27,959 nt of DNA from a virus (IMGVR_UViG_3300045136_000895:1-27959), one strand, 5' to 3'. Positions 16,915 to 25,493 are shown, counted from the stretch's first letter. Notes: generated by a model from the letters alone, not told the origin. Numbers and translations: made by a program.

Positions 16915-18236
16915 CCCAGGATCACCAGCCCCTGCTCGGCCCGCGTGATCACGGTGTAGAGCCAGCGGCGCCGGTCGAGCTCGGTCCGCCCGAGCCCGTC
17001 ATCCCAGACGACCACGTTCTCCCATTGCGAGCCCTGCGATTTGTGCCCGGTGATGGCCCAGCCGAAGGTCGCCTCGGTCAGCCCCTTCTTGAGCTTCCAG
17101 TCACGGTCGTGGCGCTGCTTGTCGAAGGCAACGTGGTCCTCGAAGTGGCCCTTGTAGATGCGGAGCCGCCCGCGGCTGCCGTCCGCCTGCGGAACGCCGA
17201 TGCGGTTGCCGTCCTCGTCCGTCACCACCGCCGAGAGGTAGTGGCTGCCCTCGTCGACGATGTCGGAGAGGGTGAGGAACATGCCGTTGATGAGGCCAAG
17301 ATCGTTCTGGTTCTTGAGGCAGATGATCTTCTCGCCTGGGCCGGTGGGCAGCCAACCGCCGGCACCGAAGCCCGCGGCGCGCCGCATCGCGTTGTTCAGC
17401 TGCAGCCGGGTCGCGTTCATGCCACAGATCACCTGGCCGCCGCGCAGCGCCTGCTCCGGCGTGACGTCGAGCTTCCGCATCTTCCAGACGTGATCGTCGT
17501 AGCGCCCGAAGCCGATCGGCTCGCCCTGCCGGGCCTTGGTGGCGAGGCGGATGATGGCGCTCTCCGCCGCCTGGCGGTGGATCTCCGTCAGCATGATGTC
17601 GGGCGTGTCCTTGGTGAACGCGCCTTCGCCCTGGATCGGCGGCAGCTGGCCGGGATCGCCGAGCACCAGGATCGGCTTGCCGAAGCTCAGGAGATCGCGC
17701 GCCATCTCCTCGCCGACCATGGAGACCTCGTCGAGCACGATCAGCTTCGCGTTCGCGGCGTCGCTCTTGGGGTTCAGCGCGAAGCGAGGGCGCTTCATGT
17801 CGGCGACACCCTGACGCATCACCTCGATCGTCGCCTCGGCCGTGGTGCGCTCGAAGCCGGTCAGGCCCCGCGCCCGCGCCACCGCCTCGTCGACTTTCTT
17901 CTCGGCAGCCTCGACCTCCTCCTCCGTCGCCTCGATGACGGAGTAGATGAGGCTGTGGATGGTGCGCGCGGGCGTGCCCTTGCGGCGCAGTACCAGCGCG
18001 GCCTTGCCGGTGAAGGTGGCGGTGACGACGCCGGGCGCGCAGGGCTCACCGTCCCCGCCGCTGCGGTGGTGCTCGAGGTCGAGCTCCTCCAGCGCGAAGC
18101 GCAGCACGGTGGACTTGCCAGTGCCGGCATAGCCGAAGAGGCGGAAGACCTGCTTGTGGACAGTCTCGTTCTCGAACCAGTGCTTGATCGCGGCGATCGC
18201 CCGATGTTGCGTGTCGGAGGGCGTGATGTCGCTCAT
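16911..18236 (-). CDS. RecD/Dda-like SF1B DNA helicase
   Basis: 441 aa from ATG 18236; GYAGTGKST, DEVSMV, GDPGQLPP, AITGHKSQGSQW, YTVITRA. Confidence 0.93.
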   Translation of the reverse strand: MSDITPSDTQHRAIAAIKHWFENETVHKQVFRLFGYAGTGKSTVLRFALEELDLEHHRSGGDGEPCAPGVVTATFTGKAALVLRRKGTPARTIHSLIYSVIEATEEEVEAAEKKVDEAVARARGLTGFERTTAEATIEVMRQGVADMKRPRFALNPKSDAANAKLIVLDEVSMVGEEMARDLLSFGKPILVLGDPGQLPPIQGEGAFTKDTPDIMLTEIHRQAAESAIIRLATKARQGEPIGFGRYDDHVWKMRKLDVTPEQALRGGQVICGMNATRLQLNNAMRRAAGFGAGGWLPTGPGEKIICLKNQNDLGLINGMFLTLSDIVDEGSHYLSAVVTDEDGNRIGVPQADGSRGRLRIYKGHFEDHVAFDKQRHDRDWKLKKGLTEATFGWAITGHKSQGSQWENVVVWDDGLGRTELDRRRWLYTVITRAEQGLVILG

Positions 18237-19009
18237 GCCGCTTCTCCGACGTGCACGTGGTAGTCCTTGATCACGCCGCCGCGGGACGGATCGCCGACCT
18301 GGCATTCCCGGACGAACACGCGTCGGCCGTCGGCGAGCTGGCGCCAGTGACCCCGGCGGAGGTGCCAGCGCGGCGAGGCGTGCGAGCCTCCGAGCCGGGT
18401 TGCCGCCATCTTGATCTGGAATGGATCGATCTCAGCGATGCGATAGGTCCATCCGCTCGCCACATGCCTGCTGGACCCTCGGCGGCGGAGCGATGGCACC
18501 GCATAAGGCCGGAAGGCGCAGCGCATGGAGAGCAGGGCCAGCGCCCGCCCGACAACCCCAGCGAGGACTTCGGCGTAGAGGGTTGCCTCGGAGTCGCTTG
18601 TCAGGTCGGGATGGGCGAGGAAGTCGTCTTCGCCACCATGGCGAAAACGTGCGAACGCCATGGCGTCGGTCCAGGTGCCACGCTCCGCCAGGTATTGGAA
18701 AAGGCACGCATCCACCTGGCCGTCGTCCTCCTCAGCATAGGCGACCACTCGGTCGCCCGGCGCGGTGCTCTGCACCACCTCGAAGAAGACAGCGGTGTGA
18801 GGAAGACTGAACCGGCTGCTCAGCAGCGCCTGGGAGAGACGGCCGAGATCGTCGCTGTCGAAGCTCACGCTGTCGGGGAAGAGGTAGACGGGCGCAGCCA
18901 GCATTCGCGGGAGGGTCGGCGCGCACCACAGGCGGCTCACGTGCCGCACAATGTGCTGCTTCAGGCCATAGGCGAGCGGGATCTCCCGTCGTCCCTTCTG
19001 AACGGTCAT
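18233..19009 (-). CDS. Hypothetical protein with C-terminal PRxHxRRGHWR motif
   Basis: 258 aa; ATGA overlaps at both ends; SPRWHLRRGHWRQ motif; somewhat lower GC than neighbours. Confidence 0.75.
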   Translation of the reverse strand: MTVQKGRREIPLAYGLKQHIVRHVSRLWCAPTLPRMLAAPVYLFPDSVSFDSDDLGRLSQALLSSRFSLPHTAVFFEVVQSTAPGDRVVAYAEEDDGQVDACLFQYLAERGTWTDAMAFARFRHGGEDDFLAHPDLTSDSEATLYAEVLAGVVGRALALLSMRCAFRPYAVPSLRRRGSSRHVASGWTYRIAEIDPFQIKMAATRLGGSHASPRWHLRRGHWRQLADGRRVFVRECQVGDPSRGGVIKDYHVHVGEAA

Positions 19010-19788
19010 ACCGTGGTCTCCCAGCAGCGGGTGGCGTAGGGACAGAGGCGGCAGAGGTAGAAGTCCGCGGCCTGGGCGATGCGCGGCGGCAGCTCGCCCG
19101 CCTCAGCGGCACGCAGAATGTCGACGGCATGGTCGGAGAGCCGCTGTGCCTCAGCCGCGTCGAAGGGCACCGCCTCGTGGTGCAGCGCCAGCGTGTCGCG
19201 GTTCAGCGCCGTCAGCAGCGCTATCTCAAGATCGAGGTAGGCCATGTAGAGCTGCACCTGCGCGAAGTAGATCGGGTTCGAGAGGCGCAGCCCGCGCTTC
19301 ACCAGGTCGGTCCAGGACTTCTGACCGAGCGCCTTGTGCTCCCACAGGGCGGGCCAGCCGATGCCGATGTCGGGACCAGCAGCGATGACCCCGTCGGCGT
19401 GGCCGCGCAGCTTTCCGCCCGCCGCGACGAAGCCAATCTGGCCGCCGTCCGGACCACGGTCCCGCAGGTCGAAGCCTGCAAGGCGGAGCCACCGGATGGA
19501 CAGCGCCTCGAACTGGTGGCCGGCGTCGAAGATCCGGAGGATGCCGGCGTCGAAGTCGCGGTCCTTCGGCGCGTGGGTGATCTCGTAGACCAGCTTGCGG
19601 GCGCAGGGTTCACCGACGCGGCTGCCGCCGAGATAGTCACGCGGCACCTGCCGACGATGCCGCACGAGCAGGGCAGCGTCGATCGCGGCATTCACGCGCG
19701 CCGTGACGGCGACGGCGCCTTCGCGGTCATGCTCGGGGCGCCCGTAGACGGCGCCGGAGCCGTGGTTCAGGTCGAGCAGCACCGTCAC
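19006..19788 (-). CDS. Cas4-like PD-(D/E)xK exonuclease with predicted Fe-S cysteines
   Basis: 260 aa; YLGGSRVGEPCARKL, GHADGV, WEHK, YFAQVQLYM, C-terminal CRLCPYATRC. Confidence 0.85.
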   Translation of the reverse strand: MTVLLDLNHGSGAVYGRPEHDREGAVAVTARVNAAIDAALLVRHRRQVPRDYLGGSRVGEPCARKLVYEITHAPKDRDFDAGILRIFDAGHQFEALSIRWLRLAGFDLRDRGPDGGQIGFVAAGGKLRGHADGVIAAGPDIGIGWPALWEHKALGQKSWTDLVKRGLRLSNPIYFAQVQLYMAYLDLEIALLTALNRDTLALHHEAVPFDAAEAQRLSDHAVDILRAAEAGELPPRIAQAADFYLCRLCPYATRCWETTV

Positions 19789-19789
19789 C

Positions 19790-20245
19790 TCAGAAGGGGA
19801 TGGGATCGTCGAGCGGATCGCGCTCGGCGGCCTGGCGCTGCATCGAGGCCTGGAAGCCGTCCACGCAGGCCTCGATGATGCGGTCGATCTCAGCCGCGCT
19901 GCGGTCGTGGAAGGGTGCGAGCAGCCCGAGCTCCTGCAGCACCTCGGCGAGGGGCCGGCGCGCGTCCCTGATCGCGCACGCCTCCATCGGCGTCTTGTCG
20001 ATCACGCCGTTGGACCTCCGCGCCAGCGCGCCGCCCGCCTCGCAGCACGCCATGCTACAGAAGCGGTGGTGCGGGAACTCGCCAAAGCGCAGACCGTGCA
20101 CATAGCCGAAGCCCTTCGCCTCGCGGCCGCACAGCCCGCAGACCAGCCGCCGGACCTGGTCCTCGGGCGTGCAGCGTGGCAGCGGCGCCGGCGCTGCGGC
20201 GGGCGCTGCCCGCGGCCGGGACTGGCTCCAGCGGCGTCGTGCCAT
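19790..20245 (-). CDS. DUF6511-like protein with N-terminal Cys cluster
   Basis: 151 aa; CGLC...FCSMACC; IIEACVDGFQ; ends DDPIPF. Confidence 0.65.
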   Translation of the reverse strand: MARRRWSQSRPRAAPAAAPAPLPRCTPEDQVRRLVCGLCGREAKGFGYVHGLRFGEFPHHRFCSMACCEAGGALARRSNGVIDKTPMEACAIRDARRPLAEVLQELGLLAPFHDRSAAEIDRIIEACVDGFQASMQRQAAERDPLDDPIPF

Positions 20246-20252
20246 CTCGCCA

Positions 20253-21008
20253 TTAGCCGTTCAGCCAAGTCGGGCCACCGGCCAGCGGAGCCTGGGCGGG
20301 CGGGGCGGGGGGCTGCGCTGGCGGCGAGGCCATGGGCTGGGCGGGCAGCGTCGCCGAGGGGCGCTCCCAGACCCGGGCCGTGGGCCCGGGAGAGGCCGGC
20401 GCCATGCCGCCACCCCAGGTCGCCGGCGTGTTGGCGACCGCCGGTGCGCGCGCCGCGCGCTGGCTCGGCTGCGGTGGAAGCGCCTCGCCCGCCATGATGC
20501 GCGCGTATTCCGCCTCGCCCGGCAGCACCACCCGGTCGATCCGGTTGTTGTCGCCGTAGCGGGGGTCGTTGGCCGGCTCGACGCGGAGCTTCGCGGCGAA
20601 GGTGATGCCGTTGAGGTCAGCGAGGCCACGCAGGATCCGCTTAGCCTTTGCCGCCTCGCTCATATCGTGCGGGTCGAGACCGAGCGCGCTGTCGATCATC
20701 GCGCGGAACATCCCCTTCGAGATCTTCCAGCCGATGGACACACCCTGCTCGTCGACCTTGCCGCCGGCGACGGTGAAGCTCTGCCAGAATTTCCGCTTGC
20801 TGTGGGAGCCCGCCACGACGGTGAACTCGCAGTCGAGCATGCGAACGTCGCTGCCGGGCGTCTTCGCCGCCTTGAGCAACTCCCGGTCGAAGGGGCTGGC
20901 GCCATCGATGCCGCCCTTGCGGATCTCCATGCGCACCTTCACGAAGCTGCCGTCCGGGATGAGGTCGGTGCCGCGCGGCAGCTCGGCGTCGTTCATGTCG
21001 AAGGTCAT
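20253..21008 (-). CDS. Putative phage single-stranded DNA-binding protein (DUF669-like)
   Basis: 251 aa; DLIPDG, LDCEFTVVAG..KRKFW, low-complexity tail ending PTWLNG; follows the AAA_24 ATPase as in Sak4-SSB modules. Confidence 0.6.
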   Translation of the reverse strand: MTFDMNDAELPRGTDLIPDGSFVKVRMEIRKGGIDGASPFDRELLKAAKTPGSDVRMLDCEFTVVAGSHSKRKFWQSFTVAGGKVDEQGVSIGWKISKGMFRAMIDSALGLDPHDMSEAAKAKRILRGLADLNGITFAAKLRVEPANDPRYGDNNRIDRVVLPGEAEYARIMAGEALPPQPSQRAARAPAVANTPATWGGGMAPASPGPTARVWERPSATLPAQPMASPPAQPPAPPAQAPLAGGPTWLNG

Positions 21009-21011
21009 GCG

Positions 21012-21848
21012 TCAGCTCCTGGGCGTGAGGTTGATCTTGCGGAGAAGGGCGGCGAGGTCGGGCGGCTCGGTCTCGTCCAGCCGGCCGGAGCGGTCCTTCG
21101 CCGGCAGGCCGAAGCTGTTGGCCGTGCGGCAGACGAGACGGCGTTCGGTGCCCCGCTCCGGGTCGTGCACCAGCGCGCCCTGCGCATCGCGCGAGAACAG
21201 CGCCATGGAGACCACCTGATCCACGATGCCGGGGAGCTCGCGGCCGGCCTTGCCGCCCTCCATCTGCGGCTGCCAGGAGACGCGCCCGAGGTCGTCGGTC
21301 ACGCGCTCCAGGATGCCGACCATGATCACGCTCTTGCCTGGCGCGTGCTGCAGGTGCTTCAGCAGCCCGATCACCTCGCGCGCCATCAAGCCGTAGGCGC
21401 CGCGCGTGTCAGGCTTGCCCGTGCGGTCGGAGAAGGCCTCCGGCCGGATCTTCGCCCAAGCCATCGCCTGCCGGGTCAGGTCGGTGATGCTGTCGAGGAA
21501 GACGATACTCTTGCCGGCGAGCAGCCGGACCAGGTCGGGATGCGCCGTGGCGAGGTGCTGGTAGTGCCCCTCCGAGAAGAACCCGTTCGGATCTGCGGCC
21601 GGGTTCACGCCGCCGATCAGGCAAGCGAGATCGATCGCGTCGTCGAAGCAGCGGATCGGAATGCTGTCACCGCGCCAGTCCTGGACGGACTTCATGCCGG
21701 CCTCGAGATCCACGCAGAGCGTGGTCTCATGCAGCAGCGTCTTGACCAGCGTTGTCTTGCCGACACCGCTGGAGCCGAACAGGGCCATGGTGGTCTTGTT
21801 CGCGGCGGCGGAGAGACGCTCATCGGCCGTGATGATGCGGAGCGTCAT
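21012..21848 (-). CDS. AAA_24 family ATPase (Sak4-like annealase)
   Basis: 278 aa; GSSGVGKTT, DLEAG, FLDSIT, ELPGIVDQV, PAKDRSGRLD. Confidence 0.85.
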   Translation of the reverse strand: MTLRIITADERLSAAANKTTMALFGSSGVGKTTLVKTLLHETTLCVDLEAGMKSVQDWRGDSIPIRCFDDAIDLACLIGGVNPAADPNGFFSEGHYQHLATAHPDLVRLLAGKSIVFLDSITDLTRQAMAWAKIRPEAFSDRTGKPDTRGAYGLMAREVIGLLKHLQHAPGKSVIMVGILERVTDDLGRVSWQPQMEGGKAGRELPGIVDQVVSMALFSRDAQGALVHDPERGTERRLVCRTANSFGLPAKDRSGRLDETEPPDLAALLRKINLTPRS

Positions 21849-22390
21849 CAGCGGATCGCTCCGAAGGCCGCCGCTTCGCCGGCATGCGGGCTGTCGCGCC
21901 GCTCCGTCTCCGAGAGGATCGTGAGCCGGTAGGTCGGCTTGCCGGTGCGCACCGTGCGCGCCGGCTCGAACGCGCTGCGGATGCGCTCCGGCCAGGCGGC
22001 ATAGGCGCGCTCGGCCACCTTGAAGCTGACCTCGACATACTCGCCGGGATCCTCGCCGCCGGCGCGGATCTGCTCAGCGAGCGCGGCGAGCTGGCGCTGG
22101 TCCCATTCGACCTTCTTCGGGAGATCGGCCGTGACCTCGACGTTGCCGTCCTGGAAGCGGACGGTGCCGGTGTCCTTGCCGGCCGCCGCGCGGGCGCCGA
22201 TGGCGCGCTGCTCGTAGCGCATGGCGATGGCGCCCTCGATCCAGTCCAGTGCCCGCTTGGCGATGTCGAGGCGAGAGCGCGCCTCCTCCTGCAGCAGGGC
22301 GAGGTGCTCGGCCGGCAGATCGATCACCTGGCCGATGGGCAGCAGGCGCATGTCGTCGAGGGTCGGGTGGTTGCGGCGGGCGGCGTTCAT
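21848..22390 (-). CDS. Conserved phage hypothetical protein of the recombination module
   Basis: 180 aa from ATG 22390; GKDTGTVRF, DLPKKVEWDQ, FEPARTVRTGKP; TGATG overlaps at both ends. Confidence 0.75.
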   Translation of the reverse strand: MNAARRNHPTLDDMRLLPIGQVIDLPAEHLALLQEEARSRLDIAKRALDWIEGAIAMRYEQRAIGARAAAGKDTGTVRFQDGNVEVTADLPKKVEWDQRQLAALAEQIRAGGEDPGEYVEVSFKVAERAYAAWPERIRSAFEPARTVRTGKPTYRLTILSETERRDSPHAGEAAAFGAIR

Positions 22391-22773
22391 CACGCCGCCT
22401 CCCGCCCGAACAGCTCGGCCAGCGCGTAGCCCGCCGCGCTGCGGGCGCTGAGCGGCCGCGGCCGGACGATCAGCAGGTAAGCGCAACGCCCCTCGGCGAC
22501 GCGGCGCTGCACGAGGTGGCCGAGACCGGCCTCCGCCATCGCCCAGACGCGCCGCGCGACGGCTTCGAGATCCTCGCGGCGCTCGGGCGGCAGCTCGGAG
22601 GCGACCTTGTCGCGATCGCGGGCGAGCAGGCCGAGGTGATAGACGATGGCATCGCCGGGCGCCGCGTCGGCGAAGCGGTCGCACAGACCGTTCTCGGTCA
22701 GCACGACGTCGAGCAGATCCTCGATGTCCAGCAGGATCTCGGTCGACAGCAATTCGGGGGATGTGAGGCGCAT
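22390..22773 (-). CDS. Hypothetical protein
   Basis: 127 aa; AAPGDAIVYHLGLLARDR, GLGHLVQRRV; GGAG RBS; first gene after the promoter-like motif. Confidence 0.72.
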   Translation of the reverse strand: MRLTSPELLSTEILLDIEDLLDVVLTENGLCDRFADAAPGDAIVYHLGLLARDRDKVASELPPERREDLEAVARRVWAMAEAGLGHLVQRRVAEGRCAYLLIVRPRPLSARSAAGYALAELFGREAA

Positions 22774-22808
22774 CGTGTGGGGCTCCCTTCGACGCGTGGT
22801 GCTGTCTT

Positions 22809-22844
22809 TGTTATTTACGGATCAGCGCAAAATCCTTCTCACGG
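22809..22844 (-). promoter_or_regulatory. Bipartite promoter-like motif, copy 1 (faces replication operon)
   Basis: Minus strand CCGTGAGAA-N13-ATCCGTAAATAACA; near-identical copy at 25431-25467 on +. Confidence 0.6.
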
Positions 22845-23423
22845 CCGCGGAGGCGTCGACGTCGTCGCGGGCATGCATGGCGTCACAGCAGGACGGACAC
22901 CGAGTGCGCGAAGCCAGCAGCGCAGGTCGTGCAGCTCGCGATAGAAGGTGGCGGGGGAGACAGGGCCGGCGTCGCGCGCTGCCGCGACGTCACGGTGCGC
23001 GATGATCTGTCGCAGCAGCGCGCGCGGCGCCCGCGGCAAATCCTCGTCGAGGCGACCGAACGCGACGGCAATGTCGGGGTCTGCGCACGGCGCCACGAGG
23101 GCGCCACGGATGTCGGCGGCAAACTCGCTATCGAGGGATAGGCACGTCGGTGGCGACGGCCGCCGCGCCCGATCGATGACGGCGCGACGCGCGAGCAATG
23201 CGACGAAGGTCGGCCAGGATGCGCGCGCGGCATCAAAGCGCGGGCTCGCCTCGAGGATGGCGACGAGGATGTCCTGCGCCAGATCCTCCCGATCCGCCCG
23301 GGACAGGCGGCGCTGCCGGGCGAAGCGCGCGGCGTGGCAGCGGGCCGCCGCCAAGGCCGCGTGAACCTGACTTTCATCCCATTTTTCAGGAAGATGCGCC
23401 TGCGACTTCTGTTTCTCTCTCAT
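22839..23423 (-). CDS. Sigma-70/ECF-like factor (region 2 recognisable)
   Basis: 194 aa from ATG 23423; DREDLAQDILVAILEASPRFDAARASWPTFV region-2 motif; C-terminal VSPATFYRELHDLR HTH-like segment. Confidence 0.72.
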   Translation of the reverse strand: MREKQKSQAHLPEKWDESQVHAALAAARCHAARFARQRRLSRADREDLAQDILVAILEASPRFDAARASWPTFVALLARRAVIDRARRPSPPTCLSLDSEFAADIRGALVAPCADPDIAVAFGRLDEDLPRAPRALLRQIIAHRDVAAARDAGPVSPATFYRELHDLRCWLRALGVRPAVTPCMPATTSTPPRP

Positions 23424-23479
23424 CCCGCAGCCCCTCCGGCTTGATCGATGGCGATGAGCCGAGATCAGCGTCGCCGGCG

Positions 23480-23625
23480 GGGGTGCGGCTAGTGCAGAGG
23501 GGTGCAAAGGGGTGCGGTGAACACCCTTGGCGATCACCGCACCCCCTAACGAATCAGCGCGTTAGGTATCCCCATCAATCACTTACGCACCAAGGGGTGC
23601 GGGGGTGCCGCGACCACCGCACCCC
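23480..23625. promoter_or_regulatory. Divergent control region with seven GGGGTGC boxes (putative operators)
   Basis: GGGGTGC at 23480, 23499, 23509, 23594, 23602 and GCACCCC at 23539, 23619; 12-bp perfect inverted repeat 23509-23520/23534-23545; IHF-consensus AATCAGcgcgTTA at 23552-23564. Confidence 0.65.
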
Positions 23626-23717
23626 CTCCGGGCGAGAGCGCTGGACTCCCCCACGAAGGAGAACATAGAGTGAACTGACCGTTGCCCGATCATCTCCAAG
23701 CCAGGGACCGTGTTCCT

Positions 23718-24446
23718 ATGCCGATCGCGATCGCCTATTCCGCAGCCGCGGCACTGAGCCCGCGCCAGGACGCGGCTGCGCCAGCCATTCGTGCCGTTGC
23801 CGCCCAGGTCCGGCGCCAGATCCCGCGCGAACCGGACAGCCTCGCACTCACCCTCCCGGCCCTGATCGACGCCTGTCGCACGGTCGAGGTGAACGGGCAG
23901 CGCCTGTCCGTGTCCTGGGAGCTGGGCCGCGCGCTGCGCGATGAGTTGGGCCAGTCCGTGCTCGGTCTCTGCGACATCGATGCGCACGAGCCGGGCTGGG
24001 CCTACATCGCGGTCAATGGACCGATGACCGCCGGGCGTCCGGACCTCGCCCTGAGCACGGCGGCGCATGAACTCGGTCACCTGCTGTTTGACGTGCCGGC
24101 GGCGCTGGCCAGGGGAGACCAGCGCTATCACGCGGTGGCGAGTTCACCGCGGGCGCTGGAACGCCAGGGTCGCGGCGCTGAAGCCCGTGCCAACGAGTTC
24201 ATGGGCGCCCTGCTGGCGCCGCCAGTGCCGCTGCATACCCGGCTGCTGGCCTATGCGCGCAGTGAGGGGCTGCGGCTCTGCCGCGGGCCGCACCAGGGCC
24301 GACCGGCCAGCCCGATCGTCGCGGCCGGCAATTCGCCCGACGTCCTGGCCGGCGTGCTGGCGGCGCTGGGCGGCGATTTCGGTGTGTCCGAGCGGTTCAT
24401 CGCCGTGCGCCTGTCGCGCTACGGCCTGGTGGAAGGAGGCGTGTGA
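23718..24446 (+). CDS. ImmA/IrrE-family zinc metallopeptidase (anti-repressor)
   Basis: STAAHELGHLLF HExxH motif, EARANEFMGALLAP, C-terminal FGVSERFIAVRL; start 23718 ATG or 23682 TTG. Confidence 0.88.
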   Translation: MPIAIAYSAAAALSPRQDAAAPAIRAVAAQVRRQIPREPDSLALTLPALIDACRTVEVNGQRLSVSWELGRALRDELGQSVLGLCDIDAHEPGWAYIAVNGPMTAGRPDLALSTAAHELGHLLFDVPAALARGDQRYHAVASSPRALERQGRGAEARANEFMGALLAPPVPLHTRLLAYARSEGLRLCRGPHQGRPASPIVAAGNSPDVLAGVLAALGGDFGVSERFIAVRLSRYGLVEGGV

Positions 24447-24727
24447 TGTCGTTTGGCGATGTGGTGCGCGCCCGGCGCACGGAGCTCGCGATCGGGCTCA
24501 ACGACCTGGCCGAGCGGATGGGGATCTCCCCCGGCTACTGGTCGCGGATCGAACGCAATCTGGACAAGCCGCCGAGCGACGAGGTGGTCCAGCGCGCCGC
24601 GGCGATCCTTGGCATTCCTCTCGACGCGCTGTTTGTCGAGGCGGAGCGCCTGCCTCCCGACATGCGCAAGGACATGGGGCGCGTTGTGCTGGCCTATCGG
24701 CGCCTGCGCAGCACGCGTGCTGGCTGA
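24446..24727 (+). CDS. XRE-family HTH repressor
   Basis: FGDVVRARRTELAIGLNDLAERMGISPGYWSRIERN; TGATG coupling to the peptidase; AGGAGG RBS. Confidence 0.9.
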   Translation: MSFGDVVRARRTELAIGLNDLAERMGISPGYWSRIERNLDKPPSDEVVQRAAAILGIPLDALFVEAERLPPDMRKDMGRVVLAYRRLRSTRAG

Positions 24728-24738
24728 GGGAGGAGGCG

Positions 24739-25410
24739 ATGGCAAACCCGCCGAAGAAGAAGGTCTTCTATCAGATCGATGAAGTGTGCGAGCGGCTCGG
24801 GCTGTCGCTGCTCGACATGTCAGTCCTGGTCTCCGAGCGGAAGATCCAGCTCTGCACTGCCGTGGCTGGCCTGCTGGTGGAGGACGGTCACTACGAGGTC
24901 GCGCTCGATGGCGATCATGCGCCCGTCCCCGATGACCGTTCACGTGTGCAGGGACTCGTCGACCTGAAGCCGGACGATGCGTGGTACGTTCTGCGGCATG
25001 GATCGCAGACGATCTTCTGGCTGGCTGCCGAGCCGGGTTGCTATCGGCGCCTGGTCAGCACGAGCGAAGAGGATCGCGGCTACACCGTCATTCGTGACGA
25101 GGTCGGCGTACGCCACGAGGAGTTTGCGCGCTACGCGGCCATCGAGGAAGCACTGGATGACGTCGCGCTGGGCACGAAGGGTGGAGGGCGCGGTTCGCAG
25201 CCCGTTTATGATTGGGATGCGGCTCGCCTCGAAGCCTGTCGGCTGATCTACTTCGAGGGCGTGCCGGACTCCTTCGGCGCACTGATCCGGCATGTGCAGG
25301 GCTGGTTCGCCGAGAAGGGCGGTAGGGTGCCCGACGAGAGCACGATGAAGCGTCGGCTGCGCGATGTCTGGGCCATCTTCGGGTCGGAGGCAAAGCGGAA
25401 GGCGGCGTGA
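24739..25410 (+). CDS. Hypothetical protein, probable DNA-binding (HTH-like at both ends)
   Basis: 223 aa from ATG 24739 with GGAGGAGG RBS; FYQIDEVCERLG; GRGSQPVYDWD...PDESTMKRRL. Confidence 0.75.
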   Translation: MANPPKKKVFYQIDEVCERLGLSLLDMSVLVSERKIQLCTAVAGLLVEDGHYEVALDGDHAPVPDDRSRVQGLVDLKPDDAWYVLRHGSQTIFWLAAEPGCYRRLVSTSEEDRGYTVIRDEVGVRHEEFARYAAIEEALDDVALGTKGGGRGSQPVYDWDAARLEACRLIYFEGVPDSFGALIRHVQGWFAEKGGRVPDESTMKRRLRDVWAIFGSEAKRKAA

Positions 25411-25430
25411 TCGTGGTGCTGCGCGTGGTG

Positions 25431-25467
25431 CCGTGAGAACGGCACCACCCCAAATCCGTACATAACA
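25431..25467 (+). promoter_or_regulatory. Bipartite promoter-like motif, copy 2 (faces integration/excision operon)
   Basis: CCGTGAGAA-N14-ATCCGTACATAACA, 26 bp upstream of ATG 25494; overlaps the hairpin 25425-25448. Confidence 0.6.
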
Positions 25468-25493
25468 GGCAGGACCATGCGTGTTGGATCGCG

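Noticed and set aside
24067-24738. N-terminal extension making a 447-aa ORF (24067-25410)
   Set aside because: Overlaps the peptidase and XRE genes in another frame; a strong RBS supports the start at 24739
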